A stretch of DNA of 63,988 nucleotides, filler included, from Octopus bimaculoides (lineage: Eukaryota): NCBI RefSeq assembly GCF_001194135.2. It is 5 parts of 5 records of this genome, joined end to end, with 100 filler letters (N's around TTAATTAATTAA, not from the genome) between each part and the next. Parts side by side here need not be neighbours in the genome. Positions count along the whole stretch, not along the records: positions 1 to 24,424 come from NC_068984.1; positions 24,525 to 36,767 come from NC_068995.1; 3 more parts are not named here. The stretch is one strand, 5' to 3'. The notes under the pieces were generated by a model, which was given only the letters and a program-made list of their open reading frames with translations, did not search any database and was not told where the DNA came from. How positions within the stretch are numbered: the stretch's first letter is position 1; each line of letters opens with the position of its first letter. The position numbers and the translations under genes were made by a program. This document shows positions 12,991 through 24,902 of this stretch, piece by piece.

Positions 12991-13337
12991 TTAAAATGAA
13001 CTTGAGAAACTTGAGAAAATCATTGAAATAACATATGATAACCTAATTACCTTCAACAACATAAAGATATATGTGCATATTAAGGAAACACACTTTTATT
13101 TTCCTCTCTAACTATGTATATATTGCTAAGCATTTTGTTATGCGTATTCAGATAGTAAAAATGATATAAGAAACATAAAAACAATATTACAACAAAATTA
13201 AAACTACAATTTTTTCGTATAATTTAAATTCTAAAGGAACGACCAAATAACTACATATACACTGTGTCAAGGATATTCGAAGACAATTATCGCTACATTA
13301 TTCTTTTCAAAAGGTTTTTATTTCTTTCAGATCCGTC

Positions 13338-14480
13338 ATGGCAGATAACATGGTAACACAGGAAATGAAAAGACATGCTGTCATTGTTCACCATATGAGC
13401 AGAACACAGCGATTTAGAAATTGCTAACTTTCTAAATGTTTCAAGATCTTTTGTACACAAAGATGGGATGGGATTGGAAGCCTCTGGCGAGGAGTATCTA
13501 GTGTCAAGAAGAACAAATATTTTGTGGAGGAATGAAGAAAGACGTAGGAACCAGAAGCAAGGACAGTGACATCACATAAAGAAGCGGGGTATTCGAACAG
13601 CCTCTTTCTTCGTCAGGACATCGAGGACGACAGACATAAGGGGTCGTTCAGAGAGAGTAGTTTTCTGGCCAGAGGTTAAGGTAGTGCATACGAGTGGATA
13701 CAACCACGTTTGGACATTATAGGGACACCACAATTCATCCAGCGAGTTTGAAACATTATCGATCATGATCCTAGAAAATTGGCAAACTATGAGAAATGTG
13801 GTGCATTCAATATGAGTCGTATGTACAAAGTAGTGGTCAATTCATGTCTGCAATGTCAGAAAAAACTGTTTAACTCGTGTCAAACAATTACTTAAGGTTA
13901 AAATCCCTCACGAACATAGCATGCTTTGATTCTTCTCTAATGATAAAAAACTTCTACCATGGCCAAATGACAGACGGATGTGTGCAGATCCTTCTAATGT
14001 CTCCAGAGATACTAAAGTTTCTAGGAAGTGTGTCTGGAGTAAATAAGGTCATGTCATGCCACCTCACAGTTTTCCTTCGGTTCTTTGAATTAATACTGTT
14101 GGATCGTTGAGACTGTAGACAATTGATAAGCTCTGAATAAATGAATAACGCAATGGAAAGCCATACGTGTTTCGACAAGCTTCATTACCTTCTCACAAAG
14201 CTCACGTAAGACAAAAAATAGACGCCTAACAATATTTGTGATCACGTAACACTAAGCTTATGGCCTCCAAACTCATCAGATTTAAATCTCATGAGTTACT
14301 CCGTCGGGAGCGTTGTTGCAAGAGAGACTAATCGATATCCTTACAATACTATAGCTTGTCTGAAGGACACCATTTCCGTATGTGTCCGAAATGCATAAGG
14401 ACCATTTTGGGAAGTTATGTCAACAATTTCGGTTCTGCACTTCAGTAGTCACCAAAGCTGAAAGCAGATTCGTAGAATAA
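13338..14480 (+). mobile_element. Decayed maT/DD37D-type transposase, second family, with an insert at about 13525-13705
   Basis: MKRHAVIV...LEIANFLNVSRSFVHK, DIIRTPQFIQRV, WPPNSSDLNL; many frameshifts; TIRs not resolved. Confidence 0.75.
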
Positions 14481-14875
14481 TCTTACAAGAAGGTTCATCG
14501 AGAACATGTGCACAAATTTTTATTAAAATACATTTGGTTTTACTAATTTAATAATACACGCGACCTTTGTGTGTATATATATATATATATATNNNNNNNN
14601 NNNNNNNNNNNNNNNNNNNNNNNNNNNNNNNNNNNNNNNNNNNNNNNNNNNNNNNNNNNNNNNNNNNNNNNNNNNNNNNNNNNNNNNNNNNNNNNNNNNN
14701 NNNNNNNNNNNNNNNNNNNNNNNNNNNNNNNNNNNNNNNNNNNNNNNNNNNNNNNNNNNNNNNNNNNNNNNNNNNNNNNNNNNNNNNNNNNGTAAGGAAG
14801 ATAAGACCATTATTTAAAATAACTATCATATCAAGTGACCAGCTCGGAAAAAACCGTATAGGTAATAATTACGAA

Positions 14876-15236
14876 AGATAGATAATTATATAAATATAAT
14901 TATAATTAAGGGTACTAGAGAGTTACCACCATGCTAGATATAGCTGTCAAAACTGACTCTAAAACCACATCATGTATTCATTTAGCACTGGTGAAAAGAT
15001 AAATGAACAGAGAAATTAGCAAAAAATTCATGTTTAAACCTAGACCGTCGACCTGGGATTAACCATTAATTTTTTGCTAATTTCTTTGTTCATTTATCTT
15101 TTCACCTGCGCTATATGAATAGATGATGTGGTTTTAGAGTCACTTTTGAATGCTATATCTAGCATGGCGGTACCTCTCCAGTACCTCCCCAGTACCTCTC
15201 CAGTACCCTTAATTATAAAAATATTTATATAATTAC

Positions 15237-15242
<6 letters not shown>
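14876..15242. repeat. Long imperfect palindrome (foldback, MITE-like)
   Basis: Left arm TAATTAAGGGTACTAGAGAG...TAGCAAAAAATT pairs with right arm AATTTTTTGCTA...CTCTCCAGTACCCTTAATTA; short spacer near 15040-15060. Confidence 0.9.
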
Positions 15243-15292
<50 letters not shown>

Positions 15293-15329
15293 GTATATGT
15301 ATGTATATATATAAATATATATATGCATA

Positions 15330-16447
15330 CAAGGTGGTATTAAAACGTTCCCGGATTAGTTTTGTAGCGCGCCAACAGATGGCAGCGTGCCGACTGACAT
15401 TGCTGTGTTTACTTCGCAAGTTGTGAAATTAGTGTTTTGTGATCACGTGTATGCTGTAGTCTGTGTTTATGTCATGGACAGGAACAAAGAGCCAACGTAA
15501 AATTTTGCTTTAAACTTAGGAAGTCTGTTACAGAGATATTGAGCATGCTTNNNNNNNNNNNNNNNNNNNNNNNNNNNNNNNNNNNNNNNNNNNNNNNNNN
15601 NNNNNNNNNNNNNNNNNNNNNNNNNNNNNNNNNNNNNNNNNNNNNNNNNNNNNNNNNNNNNNNNNNNNNNNNNNNNNNNNNNNNNNNNNNNNNNNNNNNN
15701 NNNNNNNNNNNNNNNNNNNNNNNNNNNNNNNNNNNNNNNNNNNNNNNNNNNNNNNNNNNNNNNNNNNNNNNNNNNNNNNNNNNNNNNNNNNNNNNNNNNN
15801 NNNNNNNNNNNNNNNNNNNNNNNNNNNNNNNNNNNNNNNNNNNNNNNNNNNNNNNNNNNNNNNNNNNNNNNNNNNNNNNNNNNNNNNNNNNNNNNNNNNN
15901 NNNNNNNNNNNNNNNNNNNNNNNNNNNNNNNNNNNNNNNNNNNNNNNNNNNNNNNNNNNNNNNNNNCGATAAATCCGCCCCCCCCACCGGACCAGACCGT
16001 CAGTCGAGAGTTCTACTGCGATGTTTTGAAGTGTATGAGGGAGGACATTCGACGAAAGCGACCGGATCTGTGGAGCGCGAAGAATCGTATTTCTTTCTGA
16101 GCTCTTCTAGCTCGTGAGTTTCTCGCCCAAAACAACATGGCATCGCTTCTGCACCTGCCCTATTCGCCAGATTTAGCCCCTGCGGACTTCCATCTCTTCC
16201 CCAAGATGAAAATGCAGCTCAAAGGTCACCGTTTTAAAACTGTTGTTGAGATTCACAGCGATTCGTAGAAAGTCCTCAACTCGCTCGCGGAAAACGACTT
16301 CCAGGCCGGATTTCAAAAGTGACAAGAACACTGGGACCGGTGTATTGCTGCGCAAAGTGACTATTTCGGAGATGATGTTAAAGTTTAGGTAAATAAGTTA
16401 TTTTTTATTAAGCATAACTAGTCTGGGAATCTTTTGACATGAGTGTG
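15330..16447 (+). mobile_element. Mariner transposon, irritans-like, defective
   Basis: Degenerate TIRs flanked by TA; N-terminal RANVKFCFKL; C-terminal YSPDLAPADFHLFPKMK...WDRCIAAQSDYF; HDNAP segment deleted; middle in N gap. Confidence 0.85.
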
Positions 16448-16779
16448 TACGTGTATATGTGTGTATGTATTAACACGTCTACTATTTTATTTAAACTTTC
16501 AAAAACGTAAATTTGTACATTCAAGTCATCAGATACTTTAATAGCAAAGTGACAAAAGACATATGGCTTTCAGGTGAAAATTGTTGGGCGCCACCACAAG
16601 TAACGGGCGTAATAAGAAAATGTCAAAGAATTTGTAAGAATCGTATAGAATTATAAAGGCAATAAGGAATAATAAATGTTAAAAGAATTACAATAAGTTA
16701 TAAAGAATTGCAAAAACTATAACTAGGGAGGATGAGACAAATGCTAAAAGATATCACCAAAACCTAATGCATTCATATA

Positions 16780-17232
16780 GGAATTTAAGAAATGTTCTGG
16801 CATCTTAGTCCAATCGGACAAAACTGGAAATCTATATAGGCTTAACTTCTATCTTTATCTGGGGCTTTTTCCTTAAGGAGCTACATAGGGATTATAAGAT
16901 AACTTAAAGATATACACTGGACTACATCAACTCCGAAGGATATCGGATCACCGGCCAACAACCTCGTATCGAACATTTTGAAGCTAAAACACTGAGGATT
17001 AATTTGAAGGATCATAAAAGTCGCTCCAGTAAGGCTGATCTGTCCTTCAAAATCTGATATTAGCTGGATTGTTAAAAAAGTACTTGACGCTATTATTCCT
17101 GCTATTTCTGTTAAGCTGAGTTTTTATCAATGGTCCAACACTTGTGACGTGATTGATTGACTTGAACATAACACAAATATTGGTTACAGTCTCACACAGT
17201 TCGATATAGATAATTATTACCCTATATCTCCA
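16780..17232 (+). pseudogene. Penelope-like element reverse transcriptase fragment
   Basis: ILVQSDKTGNLY, LKDHK, RLICPSKSDI, QWSNT.DVI and QFDIDNYYP.IS motifs; ends at a microsatellite. Confidence 0.75.
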
Positions 17233-17344
17233 GTATCACATCCATCCATCCATCCATCTATCCATACATACATACATACATGTAAGCATGGTTACATAGA
17301 TACATGCATACGTTAATATTATCTATCTATCTATCTATCTATCT

Positions 17345-17645
17345 TTGATCATGTTAGGGCACCGCCTTGAAGAATTTTAATCGAACGTATCAACTCTAGT
17401 GCTTATAAAAGCCTGGTATTTATTCTATCGGCTCTTTTGCCGAAGCACTAAGTTACGAGGACGTAAAGACAGACACAAGACACACACACACACACACACA
17501 CTACGGATTTCTTTCAGTTTCCGCCTACCAAATCCATTTACAAAGCTTTGGTCTGCTCGAGGCTTTGTAGAAGGTGACACGCAGTGAAACTGAATCGGGA
17601 ATCATGTGGCTGAGAAGCAAACTTCTTACCACATAGCCACGTCAG
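17345..17645 (-). mobile_element. SINE family S1, shortened copy with (CA)n core
   Basis: TTTCAGTTTCCGCCTACCAAATCC and CTTTTGCCGAA blocks shared with 49904-50453. Confidence 0.8.
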
Positions 17646-17949
17646 TATACAACATTGTACGCATACATTATCTATGCAGCGTTTTTCATTACATTTGTTA
17701 TTGTGCTCTCGTTTAAGCATGTGATGATTTTAAAAAATAGTTCTACGTTAGCTAGTATGCGCTCTTATGCAAGTGGGTGTATGTATGTTGTGTGTGTGTG
17801 TGCGCTTATGAGTGTATATACGTAAATGTGTATGAGTGTGTGTGTTTGAGTGTCTGTGTATGTGTGTATATCTATGTATTCTATGAGTGTTATTAAAACA
17901 AAATTTGAGAATTGAAATATTTTTGTTACCAATTCCAATGTTTAAATGC

Positions 17950-18110
17950 TGTCGTTACCTCATGTAAGCAGACCTAAGACCAAGGACAATCCAGCCTTGA
18001 GAATCATATTTTTTGGTGGGTATTATGAGCTAAAATTATACTATGCCTTTTCCCCCCCAAGACATGAGGGTATATTGGTTGCTATTTCTAGCATGTTAAG
18101 CAACCACGTA
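17950..18110 (-). mobile_element. SINE-like family S4
   Basis: TTGGTTGCTATTTCTAGCATG is the reverse complement of the family motif. Confidence 0.5.
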
Positions 18111-18685
18111 GTGGTTCACTCGTTGTCTCGATGGTGTTTAAATTTAGTTGATATGTGAGATTTCGCAGATACGGTCGCCAACTGAAAAAGCAATTTACTG
18201 TTATTAGATGGAATTACACAAACACTACACGGGGCAAATAGTGGAACGCTCATTATAAATAACACCACGTTATATTTGGCAAAACATTGCGAGACTTTAA
18301 TGTATATGAATGACTGAAATATAAATATGAACAGAATTAATCAGAAGTTATTAAATCTGATGGCCCTGAAAGGTTATGGGTTTATCTTTTAGATATCACT
18401 ACTTTATAAAACAAATATTTTTTATATAAGTATATATTCTATTTTTATTTTTTATAATTCGTAACTTTATTTTGGATAAGCTGGTGATAGTCTCCCATCA
18501 GCTTTACGAAGCACTCGTGAGCAAATATTTACAGCATGTCTAATATTTTTCTTTAAAAAAAATGGTTCTAAGAATATTGTACTCCATTAAAACGTAATTA
18601 AGTAGATGTGAGACGGTTAGTTCGAATCTTAACCTTATGAAATTAGTTTTACATGCTTCGGAGTTTGATAAAAATGGTCAAATAA

Positions 18686-20798
18686 CACTGGTCAACAGAA
18701 AGTAAATGAGTTTACTGAGTTAAAAATCATCCCTATCATTCTACAAAGAGTGAATACACAAGATATGAGTTAGACAAAACAGACAAAGTTAGAACAACAG
18801 AGTTAGAAACATTGTGATTTGGATTTGCTGCGGTGTTCCTGATCTGGTTGATCACGGTAAAGTGTCCAGCAGTAGTCAGCCAGTATATTATCATTCTAGA
18901 AGCCTTGGGGCCGTTTCTCCATAGCACTAATGTCCTGGTGAAATAAACACTGCTCCAAGTTTATCTGTGAAGAAATCCAGGTGGGAGTCCAAGAAGTGAA
19001 CCTTCAGTGGCATGCGACATCCCATTGCTGAGTAACATTTCAGAAGATTCTTGATGCCATCCTTGTAGTCCATTGCCTTCTTATTGCCAAAGAAATTCTC
19101 ACAGATCCAATGAAAGCATTCCAGGCAAGCAGTTCCAGTTCATCTAGTGTTGTCTTGAAGTCGACATCTTTGAGTGCTTCTCTAATTTGGGGTCCGACAA
19201 AAATACCCTCTTTCAACTTCGCCTGTGTCATTTTGGGAAACTTTTCTATAATATACTCAAACCCTTTGGAATTTCTCTTCCTTAGTGTTTTTACAAACTG
19301 TTTCATCAGTCCAAGCTTTATGCGCAAAGGAGGAAATAGGACATTACATGGACCTACAAGAGGTGTATTCTTGACGCTAGACAGTCCTGGCTGGTATGAT
19401 ATTTTTGTCTGTCAGTTTGATTCCGAATAATGTTTGTCAGTTGCCCGGCTATCCCATAGACACAAGAAACAACAGTATTTTGTGAAACCTCACTGTATTC
19501 CCATTAACATTCCAATGACTTTTAAATCTCCACATATTTTCCATGAGTATCTTTCATTGGCAATGGCATGAAGTAAAAGTTCCATATTCTCCTATGATTC
19601 ATGAAGATGAGTGTGCAATAGAAATGGAGGGCTTCAAATTACCATTGTGGAGAAATACAGCTTTTAAACTTCGTTTTGAAGAGTCAATAAACAAACGCCA
19701 CTCTGCAGGATCATGATTTTGTGATAAACATTCGAAAAGTCCATCGATGTTACTGCAAAAGCAAAGCGGGCTTTTAACAGAAAAACGCGTTTGTAGAACC
19801 ACATTTCTCTGCCGAAAATAAGTTATACGATAACTTCTCCTTCAGTCTTTATGCTAACAGTTCTGCTTTATCTTTAGTGACGGGATAGGTCTCTGACAAG
19901 GTCATTCAGTTCAGCTCGGGAAATTTTCTGAGGTTCAAAGCTATCGTCATCAGCCACGTAATCTTCCTCAGCAGCACTCTCGTGACAGTCAGCATCATCA
20001 TCTGATGTTTCAATATCATCATCTGGTGGAACTGAAATTGGTTGACTTCTATTGTGAGGCACAAGTCTCATTGCAGAATCCAAATTGAGATACACAATTT
20101 TGTATTTATTCTTCATAGAAAACCCTGTGATATTTACTTTGCAAAAATAACTCATTAAAATGGTCTTTCGGTCCCCTCTATATTATTGGAATGGCAAAAG
20201 GCATGGACTTATTATTATTGAACCCGTCACATAAGCTGAGCAGATAAAATGTGGTGCCCATAACTTGTCCTGATCTCCAAGAGGACAGTCAAAGTATAGC
20301 TCATAAATCTTCTTGATCTCTGGTGTTATTGTACGTTTTTGAGCTTTCACAATAAATTGTCCACAGACATAACAAAACACACCAGGACGATTTCTATACT
20401 ATCTCGACATTTGTTAACACTGAAACAAATCGAATTTGAGATGATGAAATATTTCATCAGACCAATTATGACCGGACAATTTGAGATGTTGAAATACCTA
20501 TTTCATCAGAAAAAACTTGATTGGTTGATTTAAGATGATGAAATATTGCATCTGAAGTATGCAGCAATGAATAATGTAGTTTATTTTAAAGGTATGTTTC
20601 CATGGTGTAAAGGAAACACATGCATACACGTCATTAATTGGAATTTCTATATCATGCATGAGCTTAAACCAAAAATCTTTCTCATCTTGAAAACTGTACG
20701 TGATGTCAAAATACTAATTGTATATTTGAAATCAGCATTAAAAACTACACTAAGTACACCTTGACATATACTTGATGAAAAATACTTGTTGACCAGTG
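18686..20798 (-). mobile_element. Chapaev3-like (CMC superfamily) DNA transposon, 2113 bp, both ends present
   Basis: TIR CACTGGTCAACA at both ends; flanks TAA and TAG (TWA-type TSD with one mismatch). Disrupted transposase FCYVCG...GDQDKLWAPH, WRLFIDSSKRSLKAVFLHNGN, IKLGLMKQFVK. Family name is from recalled motifs. Confidence 0.8.
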
Positions 20799-20869
20799 TA
20801 GTTTAACACAGCTGCAGATCTGGTAACTTACAACGAATTAAATTGTCATACTTCAAACCTACATTACTT

Positions 20870-21075
20870 TTCGAGCCAACGAAGAAGTCTCTAATTGGTC
20901 ACTGGATCTGTTAGAAATATCAGCCAAATTTCCATAAGTTCACATGCTATCATCATATACAAGTTAATTCACATTAGAGCAAGTTCAACTTGCTCTACAA
21001 AGGACGGAAAAGTCTTAGGGGAATAACTTTTAACATGCGTGTGTTCGATTAGGGGTGAGCTGGGGCTAAAAATAC
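20870..21075 (+). mobile_element. SINE-like family S4
   Basis: GGTCACTGGATCTGTTAGAAATATCAGCCAAAT...GAGCTGGGGCTAAAAATACAAC. Confidence 0.55.
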
Positions 21076-21239
21076 AACCAGTCCGTCTTGTCTACTCGAA
21101 AGCCACTTATGCATTCGCTCGACCTGTGCAGCAGCCAAATCTCTTTCAAATTCTCTCCTTACTTAGTAAAGAATAAATATGTTGGATGAGCGAGTGTTAC
21201 GTGTTTCTACTTTTGGGACAAAACCTAAAACTTTTAGAA

Positions 21240-21705
21240 TAGGGGGCGGGCTCGTCAATTACATGACCCAGTGCTCAACTGGTACTTATTTTATCGATTC
21301 CGAATAGGATGAAAGGCAAAGTCGACCTCGGTGGAATTTGAACTCAGAAGGTAAAGACGGACGAAATACCACTAAGCATTTTGCTCAAGGACGTTTCCTT
21401 ATTTTGGGCAACTTTTCATAGGTAAAATTTATTTTGTTATCACCTTCCTTTTCAAGTGAAACTTGAAAAAGGTGATGAGGGCTTGGTCAAAGAGGAAAGT
21501 ATCTGTTTTCAGCCTTTCGCCCAGCGTGCTAACGATTCTGCCAGCTTGCCGCCTTTAATAACAATAATAATCCTTTCTACTAAAACCACAAGGCCTTAAA
21601 CGTGGCGGTGGGGGTACTAGTCGATTACATAGACCCCAGTGATTCACTGGTACTTAATTTATCGACCCCAAAAGGATGAAAGACAAAATCGATCTCGGCG
21701 ACAAT
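21240..21705 (-). mobile_element. Two adjacent S3 SINEs; the first is split by an insert of about 120 bp
   Basis: Body at 21240-21388, head CGTGCTAACGATTCTGCCAGCTTGCCGCC at 21515-21553; second tail and body at 21560-21705. Confidence 0.8.
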
Positions 21706-21802
21706 GGCACTCTTCTTTTAATTTTGACTCTATATCTTCAGGAGGAGTTACCTCAATCCTTTCTATATTATTATTATTATTATTATTATCATTATTATTA
21801 TT

Positions 21803-21841
<39 letters not shown>

Positions 21842-21848
21842 AATAATA

Positions 21849-23271
21849 ACCAACGACTGGGTGCTGAAACTTGTTGAAAAATACGATAGACCGAAAAAAC
21901 TTCACTCTGTTCTGAAAGAGAGCAAAAAATTTTGCTACTGATCTCTTAAATACCCACCAGCTTGATCACGTTGAAGGAAATGCGCCAAGTGCTGCTGCAA
22001 AGAAAAGAAAATTAATTGCAAAGACAAAGGCACATGAAAAATTAGCTAGCAGATGGGAACAGAAACCTCTGCACGGCAAGTATGTGGCTCGTAGCAAACA
22101 AGCTGATGTCGACCAGAAACATACGCATCAATGGTTACGAAGCTCAGGGCTAAAAGCAGAGAGTGAAGGTTTCATATTGGCTGCTCAAGACCAAAGCTTA
22201 TTAACCCGGAACTACCAAGCCAATGTGATAAAAAATGCAGCTGACCCAAAATGCCGATTCTGTAACGATGCAATTGANNNNNNNNNNNNNNNNNNNNNNN
22301 NNNNNNNNNNNNNNNNNNNNNNNNNNNNNNNNNNNNNNNNNNNNNNNNNNNNNNNNNNNNNNNNNNNNNNNNNNNNNNNNNNNNNNNNNNNNNNNNNNNN
22401 NNNNNNNNNNNNNNNNNNNNNNNNNNNNNNNNNNNNNNNNNNNNNNNNNNNNNNNNNNNNNNNNNNNNNNNNNNNNNNNNNNNNNNNNNNNNNNNNNNNN
22501 NNNNNNNNNNNNNNNNNNNNNNNNNNNNNNNNNNNNNNNNNNNNNNNNNNNNNNNNNNNNNNNNNNNNNNNNNNNNNNNNNNNNNNNNNNNNNNNNNNNN
22601 NNNNNNNNNNNNNNNNNNNNNNNNNNNNNNNNNNNNNNNNNNNNNNNNNNNNNNNNNNNNNNNNNNNNNNNNNNNNNNNNNNNNNNNNNNNNNNNNNNNN
22701 NNNNNNNNNNNNNNNNNNNNNNNNNNNNNNNNNNNNNNNNNNNNNNNNNNNNNNNNNNNNNNNNNNNNNNNNNNNNNNNNNNNNNNNNNNNNNNNNNNNN
22801 NNNNNNNNNNNNNNNNNNNNNNNNNNNNNNNNNNNNNNNNNNNNNNNNNNNNNNNNNNNNNNNNNNNNNNNNNNNNNNNNNNNNNNNNNNNNNNNNNNNN
22901 NNNNNNNNNNNNNNNNNNNNNTATAGCAGCGAAAGAATTTGACAAGATCAGTAAATATAAAAACTTGCTAATAGAAATTGAAAAAATGTGGCACCTCAAG
23001 GCGACTACCGTACCAGTAATTGTAGGATCTCTAGGAATGATAAAAAAAGGTACTGAAACCTATTTGAAAATGATACCAGGCTTACCATCCCTACAGGAAA
23101 TGCAAAAAATCGTGTTAACTGGAACGACTCATGTACTGGGAAGAGCATTATCGCTGTGAAAACAACATCCATTCATGAATTTATTTATTTATTAATTTTT
23201 TTTAAAATACATATTTTACCTGTGAATTTGTGTGTGTAAACTCGGAATGCATACAATGAGTTTCTCTGCCC
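21849..23271 (+). mobile_element. R4/Dong-like non-LTR retrotransposon D1, 5'-truncated, with 3' UTR
   Basis: WEQKPLHGKY, GLKAESEGFILAAQDQSLLTRNY, CRFC zinc knuckle, VPVIVGSLG; starts right after (AAC)n(AAT)n. Confidence 0.85.
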
Positions 23272-24352
23272 TACCAAGAAAAAGAGGGAGAAGAGGACTG
23301 ATTGGATGCGAACACAGCGTTAGAGCAGAAAAAAACAACATAGCATGGAATCTAAAAAATGCCACAGAACTACTATTAGTAGAAGTAAGAAGGTCCGGTT
23401 TGTGTAGGATGGAAGATTGCAAAGATAAAGCACTGTACAAGCACTTGAAAATGAATGAAACTGAAAACAGGTGGATAAAGAAAAGAATGCATGGACAATT
23501 TCGTTGGGATGTTGAAGATAAGACAGACAAAGAAAAAAGATGGCTATGGATGACTAAAAGTGATTTATAACCGGAAACAGAGGCTCTAATCTGTGCTGCC
23601 CAAGAGCAAGCACTAAGAACGAATTACATCAAATACAGAATAGACAACACATCAGAAAATGATAAGTGCAGAATTTGTGGACAAAATGGTGAAACCGTAT
23701 GGCATATTATCAGCCAATATAGCAAGGATTGTCCATTCATACTGTAACGATGCAATTGAAACTATAGACCACCTAATCTCAGGGTGTAGAGTTTTAGCAC
23801 CTGTAGAATATAAAGCAAGACATGACAGAGTTGGCCAGTATTTACACTGGACAATATGTCGGCTGAACTTGACAGAGCAAAAAAGTAGCGAAAATAAACC
23901 TGAAGGCATCATCGAAAATGATAATGCAAAGATCCTATAGGATTTTATGATTCAGTGCGACCATGAGATAGAGAATAGGAAGCCGGACATGGTGCTAATT
24001 GAAAAAGAAAGTAAACGATGCTGGATCATAGATATAGCATGCTCAGCTGACAAGAAGGTATGCAATAAGGAAGAAAGAAAAATCGATAGATATGACAGGT
24101 TAGCTTGGGAGGTTAAGCAGTTGTAGTCGATGAAAAAGGTGGTAGTAGTACCAATAATTGTCAGAGCCCTGGGAACAGTGAGTAAAAACATTGAGAAGTA
24201 CATAGAACAAATAGGAACTGCAGTAAGGGTGGAGCACTTGCAGAAAAATCACTACTTGGAAATGCTCGAATACTCCAGATGGTGCTCGAAGAATAAGGTA
24301 GTGAACAGTTGGTACCGTAGTACATCTCCAGCGATAGAAGCTGTGCAAAGGC
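23272..24352 (+). mobile_element. R4/Dong-like element D2 (different family), 5'-truncated, 3' end intact
   Basis: PRKRGRRGL, MHGQF, ETEALICAAQEQALRTNY, CRICG, RKPDMVLIEK..CWIID (restriction-like endonuclease); followed by (AAT)n at 24353-24375. Confidence 0.88.
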
Positions 24353-24424
24353 AATAATAATAATAATAATAATAATTTCTACTGAAAGCACAAAGCCTGA
24401 AACCTGGAGTTGGGGTGGACTAGT

Positions 24425-24524
24425 NNNNNNNNNNNNNNNNNNNNNNNNNNNNNNNNNNNNNNNNNNNNTTAATTAATTAANNNNNNNNNNNNNNNNNNNN
24501 NNNNNNNNNNNNNNNNNNNNNNNN
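24425..24524. other. Artificial scaffold linker (44N-TTAATTAATTAA-44N)
   Basis: Identical 100-bp construct at four places; stops in all six frames. Confidence 0.95.
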
Positions 24525-24841
24525 CTTTCTTTATTTTTTCTTTCATTTGTGTATGTTGTATCCTATCTAGTTCATTGACTCCTAAATACTTATATGATTG
24601 GCTTTCGTCTAGTTCTCTTATTTCATTGGCTTTATCTAGTGTTATATTGCTACTTTTAACTAATTTTCCTCTTTTCAGGGTTGCTTTGGCACATTTTTCT
24701 AATCCGAATTTCATTTCTATTTCCTTGGTAAAGCCGTGTACTGTCTGTAGTAGTGTTTCTAGCTCTTTGTCGTTTTTTGCATATAATTTTAGGTCATCCA
24801 TATATAGAAGGTGGCTGACTGTTTTTCCATAGCATTTGTAA
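24525..24841 (-). pseudogene. R4/Dong-like reverse transcriptase fragment D3
   Basis: VSHLLYMDDLKLYAK...MKFGLEKCAK...YKYLGV; begins right after (AAT)n in the sense orientation. Confidence 0.9.

Positions 24842-24900
<59 letters not shown>

Positions 24901-24902
<2 letters not shown>

Noticed and set aside
13585-13622. CTGACGA...GAAT on the minus strand as a hammerhead
   Set aside because: GAAA broken, and no stem I or III partner.
24469-24480. TTAATTAATTAA motif recurring four times
   Set aside because: Always centred in 44+44 N; an artificial six-frame-stop linker, not biology. Links across it, such as D2 to D3, are not assumed.
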